Positions 20,001-30,043 of a stretch of DNA of 64,000 nt are shown here, one piece after another. The DNA lies in NCBI GenBank assembly GCA_963169855.1, contig CAUJCN010000002.1, positions 452,885 to 516,884 on the forward strand, given 5' to 3'. The notes under the pieces were generated by a model. It ran no database searches. It was not told the DNA's origin and saw nothing but the letters and a program-made list of their open reading frames with translations. The position numbers and the translations under genes are program-made. Every line of letters starts with the position of its first letter. The stretch's first letter is position 1. The DNA is from Patescibacteria group bacterium (GTDB lineage: Bacteria; Patescibacteriota; Dojkabacteria; J137).

Positions 20001-21003
20001 GAACAATAGGTCTTAGATCTGGGGGAATAACAGGCAATACTTCAATAACCAACCATGAAGGGTGAATTGCTGATTTGTGCATTCCTTTGATCAATCTTAG
20101 TCTTTGAGCAGCCTTGCTCTTTCTAAGTTCTGATCTAGAGTTTCTCATCTCATCTTCTAATTTTACAATTTCTTCAGAAATGTTTAGATTATCAAGAATT
20201 CTTTTAATAGCTTCTGCTCCCATTCCTGCTTCGTAGAAGAAGAATGCGTAGCTTTCCAGTAATTGGTATTCCTCTTCAGAAAGAGTTGTTCCAACACTCA
20301 TTGTTTCTACTAATGATTTTAGGTCTGCGAATTTTCTTTCAACATTATCCTGTTTCTGTTTGTAAGCTGATCTTACTTTTGCAGATTCAGTTTTTTCGTT
20401 GTTTCTAATTCTTTCGATTTGAAGTTCTAACTTAGATTTATCCTTGTTAGACTTCCTAGATTCTTCAATTTCCTGTTCGTAAGAGTCAGAGATTTCTTTT
20501 AATTTTGCATCAAGTTCTGTTGAAACTTCTTCGATTTCAGCTGTCTGAAGATCTTTGATACTTTCAATTGCTTTTGCCCTATCTTCATCAGACACAGAAA
20601 TTACAACGTATCTTGCGTAGTAAAGAACTGTCTCCAATTTTTTCTGTGGAATGTCTAAGATCATTGATAATCTATTTGGAATTCCATTCGAGAACCAAAC
20701 ATGTGCTACAGGAGCCGCAAGTTTGATGTGACCCATTCTTTCTCTTCTAACTCTTTTATGTGTAACTTCAGTTCCGCATCTGTCGCAAACGATTCCTTTA
20801 TATCTTACTTTCTTGTATTTTCCGCAGTAACACTCAAAATCTTTTGTTGGACCGAAGATTTCTTCTGCCATCAATCCCTGAGGTTCAGCTTTAAAAGTTC
20901 TATAGTTGATAGTCTCTGCTTTAGTGACTTCACCATAGGACCAATTCATAACATCTTGAGGAGATGCTATCGATATTTTTAGTGCTTTAAAATCTTTTAT
21001 CAT
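17095..21003 (-). CDS. rpoC: DNA-directed RNA polymerase subunit beta'
   Basis: 1302 aa. Zinc-finger [18 protein letters not shown], the NADFDGD active-site motif and the trigger-loop regions are present. Confidence 0.95.
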   Translation of the reverse strand: MIKDFKALKISIASPQDVMNWSYGEVTKAETINYRTFKAEPQGLMAEEIFGPTKDFECYCGKYKKVRYKGIVCDRCGTEVTHKRVRRERMGHIKLAAPVAHVWFSNGIPNRLSMILDIPQKKLETVLYYARYVVISVSDEDRAKAIESIKDLQTAEIEEVSTELDAKLKEISDSYEQEIEESRKSNKDKSKLELQIERIRNNEKTESAKVRSAYKQKQDNVERKFADLKSLVETMSVGTTLSEEEYQLLESYAFFFYEAGMGAEAIKRILDNLNISEEIVKLEDEMRNSRSELRKSKAAQRLRLIKGMHKSAIHPSWLVIEVLPVIPPDLRPIVQLPGGRFATYDLNDLYRRVINRNNRLKRLIQLGAPEIILRNEKRMLQEAVDSLLDNNHKPGAPSLNSRGLPFKSLSDMLRGKQGRFRQNLLGKRVDYSGNAVIVPGPELEFHQCGLPKSIALEIFRPFIVRELISRGFAPNPSRAKVIFEDKEDIVFDILEEVSKDRPVLLNRAPTLHKQSIIAFFPILIEGNAIRLHPMTCTGFNADFDGDQMAVHLPLSEAAVEEASTKMLAKSNMLNLRDGSPIVNVSKDMAMGVYFLTQTRGGEGRTPLYPDLKNLISAYDLGKIDFFNPAKVLVNGEVIETSAGRAIFNSILPEGYPFINKALNNKDISNLSSDLFVKYGSDVAIVVLDQIKNLGFKYGGKYGFSISMNEFKFGTDKVLAEKLGEYDQIEVDLAESYNEGYATLNEFKWNKRDKWVTKSEEIQDAVWEIASKESENLMDLQNSGAVSVKSWVKKISGVVGYVTDPSGNIVDLPIKGNFERGLSNFEYFVNARGSRKGFADVALRTADSGYLTRRLHDVAQDVITVEEDCGATEGVVLSRSEARLQSFGNRVKGRVALEDVVDTKTGEVLVKADEVITLEASRLIDKNEAIERIVLRSPMKCQSTHGICIKCYGYDNGTGKMVDIGVAVGTIASQSLGEPTTQLTLKSKSDARAAKADVTQGLPRVEELLEARNPRAQALLAEIAGTVSIIDDKKSIIIRVTSKDKALKKFEIKAGYEVAVKDGSTIAEGETIFVKNGKELKAEMGGKVKIVEGFVVIEGNTTLESEKETETMINVMVKDGQKVEKGDQLTFGSIDPKELAELKGIEFSQKYIIQGVQDVYGIQGLEVDDRHLEIIGRQMGRYLLVQDGGDSETFLPGDYIDHLDIEKENKVLASEGKREIKARRVFTGITNAALRTESFLSAASFEQQVKVLTDAALVGKVDHLRGLKENVIIGRPVPLGKELLRRQGLLKEEEAQLEENNLN

Positions 21004-21021
21004 ATGTTTGTCTATTAAAGC

Positions 21022-24000
21022 TTAATTATTACTATCTTCTACTAAATTGAATCCACGATCATCAACTGTTTCAACAACAATTTTTGATTCGTTTCCTACT
21101 GAATCAACGATTTCTTCAAGAGCCATATCGTCTCTAGTATCATCGTATTCAGCACTTAACTTTTCCAGCTTAATTCCCAATCCTGCAAGTTCTTTATCAA
21201 GAACGTTGAATGATTCTGGAATATATGGAGCAGTTATCTTTTGACCTGTGATGATTGCCTTGTAAGCTGCTGCTCTTCCAACAACATCGTCAGACTTAAT
21301 TGTTAACATTTCGTGTAGTACATTTGGTACTCCATGTGCTTCAAGTCCCCAAACTTCCATTTCTCCGAATCTTCTTCCTCCCTTCTGAGCTTTTCCTCTT
21401 ACAGGTTGCTGAGTAACAAGAGTGTACGGTCCAGTAGATCTAGCATGAACCTTATGGTCTGCTAAGTGGTCCAGCTTGAAGTAATATTTTACTCCAACTG
21501 TTACTTTCTGAGAGTATCTTTCTCCTGTTCTTCCATCGAATAAGTCTACTTTTTCTTCATAATCTACTCCATTATCTTTAGCCATTTGCATTAATTTATC
21601 CAAAGAGTATTCTGCAAAAGGTTGAATTTCAACTTTTACTCCTAATTTCTTTGCCAATGCTCCGATATGAGTTTCGATAAGCTGTCCAAGGTTCATTCTT
21701 CGAACCATAGATGCAGGTCCTATCAACACATCAACAGGATGACCGTCTGCTGTATGAGGCATGTCTTCAACTGGAACAATCTTTGTAACAACTCCCTTAC
21801 CTCCGTGGAAGTCAGTTAGCTTATCTCCGATTGAAATTTTATGAGTTTTTGCAACCCAAACTTTGATTTGCTTCAAAGCTCCAGCGTTTAATTTAGCTCC
21901 CTTTTCTCTGTCCAAAACCTGAACTCCGATAACAACTCCGTGCTCTCCGTTAGGCATTCTCAATGAGTTGTCTCTAACATCTCTAGCGTATTCTCCGAAG
22001 ATTGCTCTCAACAACTTTTCTTCTGCAGTTAACTCAGTTTCTCCCTTTGGAGCGATAATTCCGCAAAGAATATCGTTTGACTGAACACTTGCTCCTAATC
22101 TTACAATTCCTTGTTCATCAAGATTTCTTAATGTGTATTCTCCAACACCTGGGATATCTCTAGTGATTTGTTCATTTCCTAATTTTGTTTCTCTAACTTC
22201 CTGAATATATTCCTGAATATGGATAGAAGTTAAGATATCTTGTTTTACCAATCTATCGCTAACAACAATTCCGTCTTCGAAGTTATATCCATCGTAAACA
22301 ACATAAGCTGCTCTTAAGTTTACACCTAATGCCAACTCTCCATTATCAGTACACGGTCCATCAACTAAGATGTCTCCTTTCTTGAATGTCTGACCAGGCA
22401 TTACAACTGGCTTCTGGCTGAAACAAGTGTTTTGGTTAGTTCTTACAAATTTTTCAATATTGTATCTTTGTTTTCTTGATTTTGATCCTGCGTATTCAAC
22501 AACAACTTTTGCTGAATCAGCTTCAATTACTTTTCCATCTTCTTCTGCAAAGATTGATCTTCCAGATGCTTTAGCAGCGTCTCTTTCAAATCCAGTTCCA
22601 ACAATAGGAGCTTCAGATCTAATTAGAGGAACAGCCTGAGTCTGAGTTTTAGCTCCGATCAAAGTTCTGTTAGGGTCATCGTTTCCAGCAAATGGAATTA
22701 ATGATAGACCTAATCCAGCAATCTGACTTGGAGAAACGTCGATCAAATCGATCTTTGATGTTTCTACTTTTGCATATCCCTGACCTTCTCTAACATAAGC
22801 CATGTAGTCTGTAATGTTTCCTTCTGAGTCTGTTTTTGTACTCGAACTAGCAATACTATGTAATGCCTCATTGTCTGCATCTAAATATTCAACTTCAGTT
22901 TTGTTTACAAAAGGAACAATTCCAACTGCATCAACTTTTGCCTTCTTTGCTTTTTCTACAACTTCTGCAGTCAACTCTACTCCATCCTTAACGAATGAGT
23001 TTCCTTTTGTCATTCTTCCTTTGAATTTCTTTACATCGTCTTTTGCAAGATCGAACTTTGTAACAACTCTAAAGTAAGGAGCTTCTAGGAATCCGTAGTC
23101 ATTAATTCTTGAGTAAATAGCCAATTGGTTAACCATACCGATTGATGGTCCTTCTGGTGTAGTTACTGGACAAAGTCTTGAATAGTGAGAATTGTGAACG
23201 TCTCTAACTGAGAATGTTGCTCTTTCTTTTGTAAGACCTCTTGGTCCTCCAGCAGAAATTTTTCTCTTAACTTCAAGTTCAGAAAGAATGTTTGTCTGAT
23301 CCATGAATCTCATCAATGCTGAGCTTCCAAAGAATTGGTTTACAGCAGACATAATTGGTCTTGTATTGATAAAAACAGCTGGTGTAACTTTCTCATCTGT
23401 TGAGTAAGTTGCCATCTTATCTCGAATATTCTTTTCCATTAAAAGCATTCCTGCTCTTAGCTTTTCTGAAACTAATTCATCCACTCCTCTAATTCTTCTA
23501 TTTGTTAATGAATCAATGTCGTCAGGAGCTTGTAATCCGCTATTTAATCTAACTAGAGATTTAATGACTTCAACAATATCTCTTTTCTTTAGAATATAGT
23601 CAGCAATTTGGATATCTTCGTCAATTCCTAACTTCTTGTTCAACTTATATCTTCCAACTTTTCCTAAGTAGAATCTTCTCTTGTTGAAGAAAATGTTATC
23701 AATCAATGCTTTTGCATTTTCGATTGAAACTGAATCTTCTGGTCTTAATTTTCTGTAGATGTCGATTAATGCCTCTTCTGTATTCTTAGTTGGGTCTTTT
23801 CTTAAAGTTGCTTCTAAGAAACTATTCTCTTCTGTTCCTAATCCACCTAACGCTTTCTGAATTTCTGCATCAGAGCTATATCCTAGTGCTCTCATTAATG
23901 TTGTTAACAAGATTCTTGGTCTCTTTTGTAGAAGTTTGATGCTCATTACTCCGTATTTGTTTACTTCGAATTCATACCAATTTCCTCTATGAGGCATTAA

Positions 24001-24525
24001 CTTTACGCTGTAAAGTTTCTTCTTTGTTGTTGATGATTTGCTTTCAGAGAATAAAAGACCTTCTGATCTTAAAATCTGGAAAACAACAACTCTTTCATTA
24101 CCATTGATCATGAATGATGCTCTATCGCTCATCAAAGGCATGTCGCATAGGTAAAGTTTCTGTTTCTTAATTTCACCACTCTTCTTATTAACTAACTTCA
24201 CATTTACATGAACAGGAGCGTCATAAGTTTGACCTAAGTTCTGTGCGTCTAAAAAGTTAATTTTTGGTTCTCCCCAAGAAATATCTTCGAAGAAGAGTTC
24301 CCATGAAGTACCTGTATAGTCTTTAATTGGATTAATTTCATCGAATAGTTCTTCGAATCCGTTTTCCATAAATTGTCTGAAGAATTTTTTCTGCGCATCT
24401 AAGAAGTCAACATCTAAATGCGGAAGGGGATTTTTTGTAAGAGTTACTCTCTCTGAGTTTGGATTAGTTGCTTTTTTAGCCATACTGCTTTTGTTATAAC
24501 AGGCAAAAAAATTGCGTATTAACAA
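21022..24525 (-). CDS. rpoB: DNA-directed RNA polymerase subunit beta
   Basis: 1167 aa. The conserved rif-region and C-terminal GGQRFGEMEVWALEAYGA-like motifs are present. The gene lies immediately upstream of rpoC. Confidence 0.95.
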   Translation of the reverse strand: MLIRNFFACYNKSSMAKKATNPNSERVTLTKNPLPHLDVDFLDAQKKFFRQFMENGFEELFDEINPIKDYTGTSWELFFEDISWGEPKINFLDAQNLGQTYDAPVHVNVKLVNKKSGEIKKQKLYLCDMPLMSDRASFMINGNERVVVFQILRSEGLLFSESKSSTTKKKLYSVKLMPHRGNWYEFEVNKYGVMSIKLLQKRPRILLTTLMRALGYSSDAEIQKALGGLGTEENSFLEATLRKDPTKNTEEALIDIYRKLRPEDSVSIENAKALIDNIFFNKRRFYLGKVGRYKLNKKLGIDEDIQIADYILKKRDIVEVIKSLVRLNSGLQAPDDIDSLTNRRIRGVDELVSEKLRAGMLLMEKNIRDKMATYSTDEKVTPAVFINTRPIMSAVNQFFGSSALMRFMDQTNILSELEVKRKISAGGPRGLTKERATFSVRDVHNSHYSRLCPVTTPEGPSIGMVNQLAIYSRINDYGFLEAPYFRVVTKFDLAKDDVKKFKGRMTKGNSFVKDGVELTAEVVEKAKKAKVDAVGIVPFVNKTEVEYLDADNEALHSIASSSTKTDSEGNITDYMAYVREGQGYAKVETSKIDLIDVSPSQIAGLGLSLIPFAGNDDPNRTLIGAKTQTQAVPLIRSEAPIVGTGFERDAAKASGRSIFAEEDGKVIEADSAKVVVEYAGSKSRKQRYNIEKFVRTNQNTCFSQKPVVMPGQTFKKGDILVDGPCTDNGELALGVNLRAAYVVYDGYNFEDGIVVSDRLVKQDILTSIHIQEYIQEVRETKLGNEQITRDIPGVGEYTLRNLDEQGIVRLGASVQSNDILCGIIAPKGETELTAEEKLLRAIFGEYARDVRDNSLRMPNGEHGVVIGVQVLDREKGAKLNAGALKQIKVWVAKTHKISIGDKLTDFHGGKGVVTKIVPVEDMPHTADGHPVDVLIGPASMVRRMNLGQLIETHIGALAKKLGVKVEIQPFAEYSLDKLMQMAKDNGVDYEEKVDLFDGRTGERYSQKVTVGVKYYFKLDHLADHKVHARSTGPYTLVTQQPVRGKAQKGGRRFGEMEVWGLEAHGVPNVLHEMLTIKSDDVVGRAAAYKAIITGQKITAPYIPESFNVLDKELAGLGIKLEKLSAEYDDTRDDMALEEIVDSVGNESKIVVETVDDRGFNLVEDSNN

Positions 24526-24683
24526 TTCGAATTAATTGTAAACACGCAAGTTAGCTTGTAAATATTACTGATCTATAAACCATCAGGGGTTTAAGTTTTT
24601 GAGAAATGATTCATGATTATAGCAAAGAAAATGTAGTGAGGTCAAGAAAATAGCCACGAAAAATGGCATCTTTTGAAGATTCT

Positions 24684-25352
24684 TTACTGCTTTTTAAGCC
24701 AATCCGTTGGATCTATGTTATTCACAGTTTGTCCTGATTCAACTTTAATTGTTAATACTTTACCAGAAAGTTGATCTTTATTGCAATTAGCCTCGCCTTT
24801 TTCTTTAACGCACTTAACGAATTCTGTGTACCGTGCAGTATATTCGAGGTTCAAAGAATTGTTTGAAGTAACAATATTTGACATCAAATTATAGTTTCCA
24901 CTTGGTAAAACCAAAGTAAAATCTGACTCGTAAGCTGAAACAGTTACGCAGTATTTTGTACTAGAATTGTTTGTACTTTGAGCACAAACTAATTGATATT
25001 GGCTAAACGATGAATCCCCAACCAATAATGGGAAAATTGAACCCTTGATAGTTCCGTATCCATTCTTAATCTGCCTTTGGAGTTCCGTATCTAATTCAGC
25101 ATTCTCAGCTTTAAGTCTCTCAACTTCGGAATTAAGCTCTCTAAAACTACCTTGAAGGTTATCGATAGTTACCTGACTTTCTTCCTGATTACTATTTAAA
25201 AGCACAGTCGTATCTCTGTATGCACTATTAATATCATTCAATTCTTTAGTTTTTGTATAAAGAAGAACTGCTAAAACAATACTCACTATCACAAAAAATA
25301 AATACAAACCAATTAATAGAATTTTTCTCAGAAGATGAAGAAATTTTTTCAT
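24684..25352 (-). CDS. Membrane-anchored coiled-coil hypothetical protein (222 aa)
   Basis: The N-terminal TM segment ILLIGLYLFFVIVSIVLAVLL is followed by a coiled-coil segment (EVERLKAENAELDTELQRQ). The gene overlaps the upstream gene by 4 nt (ATGA). Confidence 0.45.
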   Translation of the reverse strand: MKKFLHLLRKILLIGLYLFFVIVSIVLAVLLYTKTKELNDINSAYRDTTVLLNSNQEESQVTIDNLQGSFRELNSEVERLKAENAELDTELQRQIKNGYGTIKGSIFPLLVGDSSFSQYQLVCAQSTNNSSTKYCVTVSAYESDFTLVLPSGNYNLMSNIVTSNNSLNLEYTARYTEFVKCVKEKGEANCNKDQLSGKVLTIKVESGQTVNNIDPTDWLKKQ

Positions 25353-25882
25353 AATTCAATAGTAATTTTTACAGTTTCCCACAGACCTGATGCTGCAGAC
25401 GGAAGGAATTCTACTCCGAAAGTTTCTGGCTGGCCAGATTCGGTTATTAGAATTTGTCTATTATTAGAATTACTTACTTCGAAAACTGAATCATTTTTTT
25501 TGAATCTCATTCCTAAAGTATCAAGACTCGCTCCACTAAAAGTGTACGATCCATAAAATGGTTCATTTTGATTACTTACTAAATTGAGGATATTTTGTGA
25601 TCGTGTATTACCATCATTCAAGAAACTGATTGTATACACAAATCTTGAGTCAGAATATCTCTCCAAACTTGTCCTAAACTCGAACACATCCTCAGAAATG
25701 TTTGTGATTGTCGGAAATATAGTTGCCTTGTTTGCCTCAGAATCTGATGCCCCTAAAATTGAGCTATTACCATCGTTCTTTGGGTTAAGAGAGAAAACTG
25801 TCAAGAATGTAAATCCGTAAATGCCCAGGATAGCTGATAACAGCACTGCTGTTTCGGTAAATCTTATCGCTCCTTTAAACAT
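25349..25882 (-). CDS. Hypothetical secreted or membrane protein (177 aa) with a pilin-like hydrophobic N-terminus
   Basis: The N-terminus MFKGAIRFTETAVLLSAILGIYGF resembles a class-III (prepilin-type) signal but is not canonical. Confidence 0.4.
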   Translation of the reverse strand: MFKGAIRFTETAVLLSAILGIYGFTFLTVFSLNPKNDGNSSILGASDSEANKATIFPTITNISEDVFEFRTSLERYSDSRFVYTISFLNDGNTRSQNILNLVSNQNEPFYGSYTFSGASLDTLGMRFKKNDSVFEVSNSNNRQILITESGQPETFGVEFLPSAASGLWETVKITIEL

Positions 25883-25912
25883 TGAATTTTCTTAACTAAT
25901 TATATAGTATAT

Positions 25913-26509
25913 GTGCATATGAAAAATTTCAAGATAGTTCCGACAATATTGGTGGCATTTGCTTTCGGAAGCTTATTTTTAAACCCTGTTTCCACAGAAG
26001 CACTTGAAAGAATATCCACCGAGCTTAAAGAGTATACTCAAAATCCAGAATCTCAAATTGTTAAATACGAAATGATTCTCTCCTCCGAAGTCAGATCAGA
26101 CAATGTGCGAGTGACTTGGACTTTACGAGGAAATGCAAAATTTGTTGATAGCACAAAATCCACAAGAAGATTTGGAGTCGAGACAGGAGAAACATATACT
26201 GTTCCAATCGAGATTTCACCTACAGGACAAGGAACAGCTGAACTTGTGGGAGTTGCTGAAGTATTTCAAATTGACGGAACTCTAACTTCAACAGTAAGAA
26301 CAAACTTTGGATTTAACAGTGCCTGGGAAAAATTACCAATCACAGAAGATTACACAAACTCAAAAAATCTAAGCAATGTAAAAAGAGTTTTAACAACTGT
26401 TGGAGTTTTTGTTGCCGTTGGAGCTGTTGGCTATTTTGGATTTAGAAGATTCAAAAAATGGTATTCAAAGACACCAGAAGTTAAGTTCGAAGAAGTCTCC
26501 GCAATCTAG
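25913..26509 (+). CDS. Hypothetical surface protein (198 aa) with a signal peptide and a C-terminal TM anchor
   Basis: N-terminal signal-like IVPTILVAFAFGSLFL. The C-terminal hydrophobic segment LTTVGVFVAVGAVGYFGF is followed by RRFKKW. Confidence 0.45.
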   Translation: MHMKNFKIVPTILVAFAFGSLFLNPVSTEALERISTELKEYTQNPESQIVKYEMILSSEVRSDNVRVTWTLRGNAKFVDSTKSTRRFGVETGETYTVPIEISPTGQGTAELVGVAEVFQIDGTLTSTVRTNFGFNSAWEKLPITEDYTNSKNLSNVKRVLTTVGVFVAVGAVGYFGFRRFKKWYSKTPEVKFEEVSAI

Positions 26510-26577
26510 ATCCATTACTGATTTCAACTGCTTGTACTGCGATACATTTCATTTTTGAAAGCATCATATATAATGCT

Positions 26578-28245
26578 TTGATGGAATGGATATTACCTGA
26601 TCAAAATCTACCGTTTTTAGAACATCTCTTTTCTCAAAGCAGTGTTTACAATTCCGATTTTTTTACAGATCACAGCATCGACAAATTACACTCAACTACT
26701 CTACTCCACGACTGCACACTAGCCGCGGAAGTTGTTTTGAAAGCTATAAAAGATAATAAAAAAATCTACATTTACGGCGATTATGATGTCGACGGAATAT
26801 GTGCCACTACAATATTATGGCGATTCATTTATTTTGACTTAGGTTATAGGAATGTTTTTCCCTATGTTCCAAATAGATTTGTAGATGGATATGGGCTTAA
26901 TGCAGACAGCATTCAAGATATTATCGATGATGGAGGAAAAATGATAATTACTGTGGACTGCGGAGTTAAAGATATAGAGTTGGTAGCCGAATTTTCCGAG
27001 GAAATTGATTTCGTAATTACGGATCACCACTCTCTTCGACCCCTTTCTGAAGCGCAGTCCGATGATTACAAGATTTCTAGAGATTCAATTTATTCTTCTC
27101 GTGCAAGAGCCGTTGTTCATCCCCAGCTTGAAGATTACCCATTTCCAAATATCTGCGGTGCAGTTGTAGCTTGGAAGTTAGCACGTGGTATGAGCGAGCA
27201 AATCGGAAACCCTAAATTAAGTGAAAAGTATTTACAGTTCGCTGCAATCGGCACAGTTGGCGATATTATGCCCTTAATAAATGAGAATAGATCTATAGTT
27301 TCTTTAGGATTGAATTTAATAAACTCTACGGAATTTGCAGGCATTAACGCTCTTCTATTAGTTTCTGGAGTTCAGAAAGGGAAGGTTAATGCTGAAACTA
27401 TTGGATTCTCAATTGGACCAAGGTTGAACGCCTCAGGACGACTTGATAGCGCTATGACAGCAGTAAAACTTCTCTGCACAAACTCTTCCGATTATGCGAT
27501 GACTCTTGCAGAAGAGCTTGATAGCTTAAACGCAGATAGACAAAATCTTACCAGAAAGTACATGTCTTTAGCAGAGAAAGAATATCTTAGCAATGATTCA
27601 TTATTCTTACCTATTATTGTTGGAGAGGATTGGCCAGAAGGAATAGTTGGACTAATTGCCGGAAGACTAACAGAAAAGTACTACAAACCTTTCATAATAG
27701 GTTCGAGAAACGGAGACACCATCAAAGCATCTGCCAGAAGCATAGAGGAATTGAATATAACCGAAGCATTAAATAGTCACTCTACTCTACTGGAGAAATT
27801 TGGAGGTCATGCCCAAGCAGCAGGAATGACGTTTGACGCCTCTAATTTAAGTTCTTTCTTGGAGAAGCTAAATAATCATGTTTCTGATATTTTCGGAGGC
27901 AAATCACCCCTTAAAACGCTAAGAATCGATGCTTTGAGCGAGCTAAGAGCTCTGGATTTTTCAACTATTAGAACCATCGAAGTATTGGAGCCATTTGGAA
28001 ATTCGAACAAGAAGCCTACAATTGCTCTCATGGGAATCAAATTCGACTCAATCTCCACTATGGGTAAGGATAAGCAGCACTTTAGAGCAAAATTCAAAAA
28101 CATTGAGTTTGTTCAGTTCAATTTTGAAAAACTTCCAAACCTCTCTACTCTCTACGATGTAGCAGGTTTCCCAGAAATTGATACCTGGAATGGACGAGAG
28201 AAAATCTCATTTAAAATTAGAGATATCCGAGAATCCCTTAGCTAG
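26578..28245 (+). CDS. recJ: Single-stranded-DNA-specific exonuclease RecJ (DHH family)
   Basis: DHH motifs IYIYGDYDVDGICAT and ITDHHS, followed by a DHHA1 domain. Length 555 aa. Confidence 0.8.
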   Translation: MMEWILPDQNLPFLEHLFSQSSVYNSDFFTDHSIDKLHSTTLLHDCTLAAEVVLKAIKDNKKIYIYGDYDVDGICATTILWRFIYFDLGYRNVFPYVPNRFVDGYGLNADSIQDIIDDGGKMIITVDCGVKDIELVAEFSEEIDFVITDHHSLRPLSEAQSDDYKISRDSIYSSRARAVVHPQLEDYPFPNICGAVVAWKLARGMSEQIGNPKLSEKYLQFAAIGTVGDIMPLINENRSIVSLGLNLINSTEFAGINALLLVSGVQKGKVNAETIGFSIGPRLNASGRLDSAMTAVKLLCTNSSDYAMTLAEELDSLNADRQNLTRKYMSLAEKEYLSNDSLFLPIIVGEDWPEGIVGLIAGRLTEKYYKPFIIGSRNGDTIKASARSIEELNITEALNSHSTLLEKFGGHAQAAGMTFDASNLSSFLEKLNNHVSDIFGGKSPLKTLRIDALSELRALDFSTIRTIEVLEPFGNSNKKPTIALMGIKFDSISTMGKDKQHFRAKFKNIEFVQFNFEKLPNLSTLYDVAGFPEIDTWNGREKISFKIRDIRESLS

Positions 28246-28326
28246 CAGTTGTTTTCTCTTCTTTCTTACTTCATACCACGTGCTGAATATCCTTTTCTAC
28301 TCTACTCTTTGTTATCTCGCACAGAT

Positions 28327-28372
28327 ATAAAAAAACCCAGGTCCACTTTGGGGAAAGTGGATCGGGCTTTTA
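28327..28372. terminator. Hairpin between the convergent genes recJ and hup, a probable bidirectional terminator
   Basis: A stem GTCCACTTT/AAAGTGGAT with a GGGG loop is flanked by an A7 run on the + strand (a T7 run on the - strand). Confidence 0.4.
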
Positions 28373-28389
28373 AGCTAGAGTCAGTTAAA

Positions 28390-28662
28390 TTATTTAACCA
28401 TGTCTCTGAACTGCTTTCCAGGTCTGAATCTTGGAACGCTTTTTGCAGGAACCTTAACAGGAGCTCCTGTCTTTGGGTTTCTCTTTGTACTAGCCTTTCT
28501 TTTTACAGCAAGGAAAGTTCCAAAGTTAGTTAATGTAATAGCGTCTCCGCTAGATACTGTTTTTGTAACACCTTCAATAAGTGCATCTAAAACTGTAGTA
28601 ACATCTTTTTTTGTCATTCCAGTCTTATTTGCAACCCAGTTTACTAAATCTGCTTTATTCAT
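28390..28662 (-). CDS. hup: DNA-binding protein HU (HU/IHF family)
   Basis: 90 aa. MNKADLV...GDAITLTNFGTF...RNPKTGAPVKVPAKSVPRFRPGK is the canonical HU arm-and-body signature. Confidence 0.85.
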   Translation of the reverse strand: MNKADLVNWVANKTGMTKKDVTTVLDALIEGVTKTVSSGDAITLTNFGTFLAVKRKASTKRNPKTGAPVKVPAKSVPRFRPGKQFRDMVK

Positions 28663-28857
28663 ATAGCAAATAATAATTTTTAAATAGTATAGTTGTACTT
28701 GGCCAAGTTTCCTAATATTAAGCTTTTTGAATAACTAAGTCAACAAAGGCATCCAAAAGATAGTGATGCCTTAAATCGGCGAGAAGCTTTTGTACACAAC
28801 GGTGTTCAAAATAACTATAGGAACAATTACGATTTTGGCCGGGAATAGTGTTACCAG

Positions 28858-28965
28858 ATGGCCATTTTCGGTCAATATATAACCAAGAACATCTGATATA
28901 TAACCGTTAATATTCCAGCCAGACTATAGTTTTAGGCTACTTTAAATATCCTGAAAATGGCCATA
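28858..28965. repeat. The 12-bp inverted repeat ATGGCCATTTTC / GAAAATGGCCAT brackets 84 bp that contain a direct repeat ATATATAACC x2. The element lies in the 350-bp hup upstream region.
   Basis: The arms are at 28858-28869 and 28954-28965. The direct repeats are at 28876-28885 and 28896-28905. The tandem motif TTCACGTAAAAAGAATTTTTCACGTG follows. Confidence 0.5.
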
Positions 28966-29012
28966 TTCTTTCACGTAAAAAGAATTTTTCACGTGGACTT
29001 TTTTCAATTTGG

Positions 29013-29378
29013 CTATTTTTGGGTTATTTTCTTGAAAGCATCCAAAGAGAGAAGAGCACAATTCTTTCTTGAAGTAGTTGGAGTAAACCCAAGCATTTCG
29101 TAGATACTTTGCTCACTGATAGTGATATCTGAGATAGATTTACCCTTTAATTCCTCATAAAGAATAGAAGCTGATGCTATTGAAATTGAGCAACCTTGTG
29201 CATCAAAAGCGATTTGATCTACAAGATTGCCTTCAAACTTGATGTAAAGTGTTAAAGAATCACCGCAAGTTGGGTTTTCTACTGAAACAACTTTATCAGC
29301 ATCCCAAGATGGTTTACCAAAGTTGAGTGGAGAAAGGTAGTGATCTCTTATATTTTCTTGTACTTCTTTGGAATTCAT
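29013..29378 (-). CDS. sufU: Fe-S cluster assembly scaffold protein (SufU/IscU/NifU-like)
   Basis: The conserved cysteines sit in NPTCGDSLTLYIKF...AQGCSISIAS...KNCALL. Length 121 aa. Confidence 0.75.
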   Translation of the reverse strand: MNSKEVQENIRDHYLSPLNFGKPSWDADKVVSVENPTCGDSLTLYIKFEGNLVDQIAFDAQGCSISIASASILYEELKGKSISDITISEQSIYEMLGFTPTTSRKNCALLSLDAFKKITQK

Positions 29379-29405
29379 AGCAATATTTTAACATTCACTG
29401 AATAT

Positions 29406-30041
29406 TTATTCTGGAAGTTCGCCTGTTTTAATAGGATCTAGAACTAAATCCAAGTAACTCTGGGCAATAGAGTAGAGTAGATCTACTTTTCTGATATCAA
29501 TATTTGTAGATTTAGAGAACTCAATAGTTATCTCTTTTGAGTTTTTCTTGGGGTTCTGATCAATAAATTTTATGAATTCTTCCAATGTCTCGTATTTGAT
29601 GGAGCCTAGTAGCGGCGATGTTGATGCTTCAGAAGCGAGATAATTAGTTAGATTCTCTTTAAACAATCTTTCCGAAGACAATCTATAAATTCTACTGAAA
29701 CAATATCCAGCAGCTAGCCATGCAACAAAAATGTATACTCCTGCACGTGGTGTGTCTACATATTTTATCAAAAGATATAAAATGATGAAAAGGGCTACAT
29801 TCATTGCTCCTAAATAGTTATAGAGATTCAATCTATTACTTTTGTACTGAAAAATCTGAGGCTTTGATAAACTTTTTTCCTCAATATTGGTCTGTTTTCT
29901 TTCGAAGTTGAATACCATCAAAATCGAAGATGTAAAAAATGCGAATTCTACCAATGTAAACGTATAGTTTCCAAAAGCATTGAGTACAAAAGCTATAAAG
30001 CAAATAGCCAGTGTTACAAAGTAAAGCTGAAGTCTGTTCAT
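29406..30041 (-). CDS. Integral membrane hypothetical protein (211 aa, about 4 TM helices)
   Basis: Multiple hydrophobic helices in the N-terminal two thirds of the protein. Confidence 0.45.
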   Translation of the reverse strand: MNRLQLYFVTLAICFIAFVLNAFGNYTFTLVEFAFFTSSILMVFNFERKQTNIEEKSLSKPQIFQYKSNRLNLYNYLGAMNVALFIILYLLIKYVDTPRAGVYIFVAWLAAGYCFSRIYRLSSERLFKENLTNYLASEASTSPLLGSIKYETLEEFIKFIDQNPKKNSKEITIEFSKSTNIDIRKVDLLYSIAQSYLDLVLDPIKTGELPE

Positions 30042-30043
30042 AA

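Noticed and set aside
17672-23077. Several 60-110-aa ORFs on the + strand inside rpoC and rpoB (17672-18010, 19526-19714, 20701-20982, 21047-21244, 22427-22639, 22814-23077)
   Set aside because: They are antisense to long, unambiguously conserved RNAP genes. They are Ser/Phe/Thr-rich and low-complexity, typical of frame shadows in AT-rich coding DNA.
28249-28666. Plus-strand ORFs 28249-28533 and 28400-28666
   Set aside because: They are antisense to the well-conserved HU gene (28390-28662) and to its terminator region. There is no independent support.
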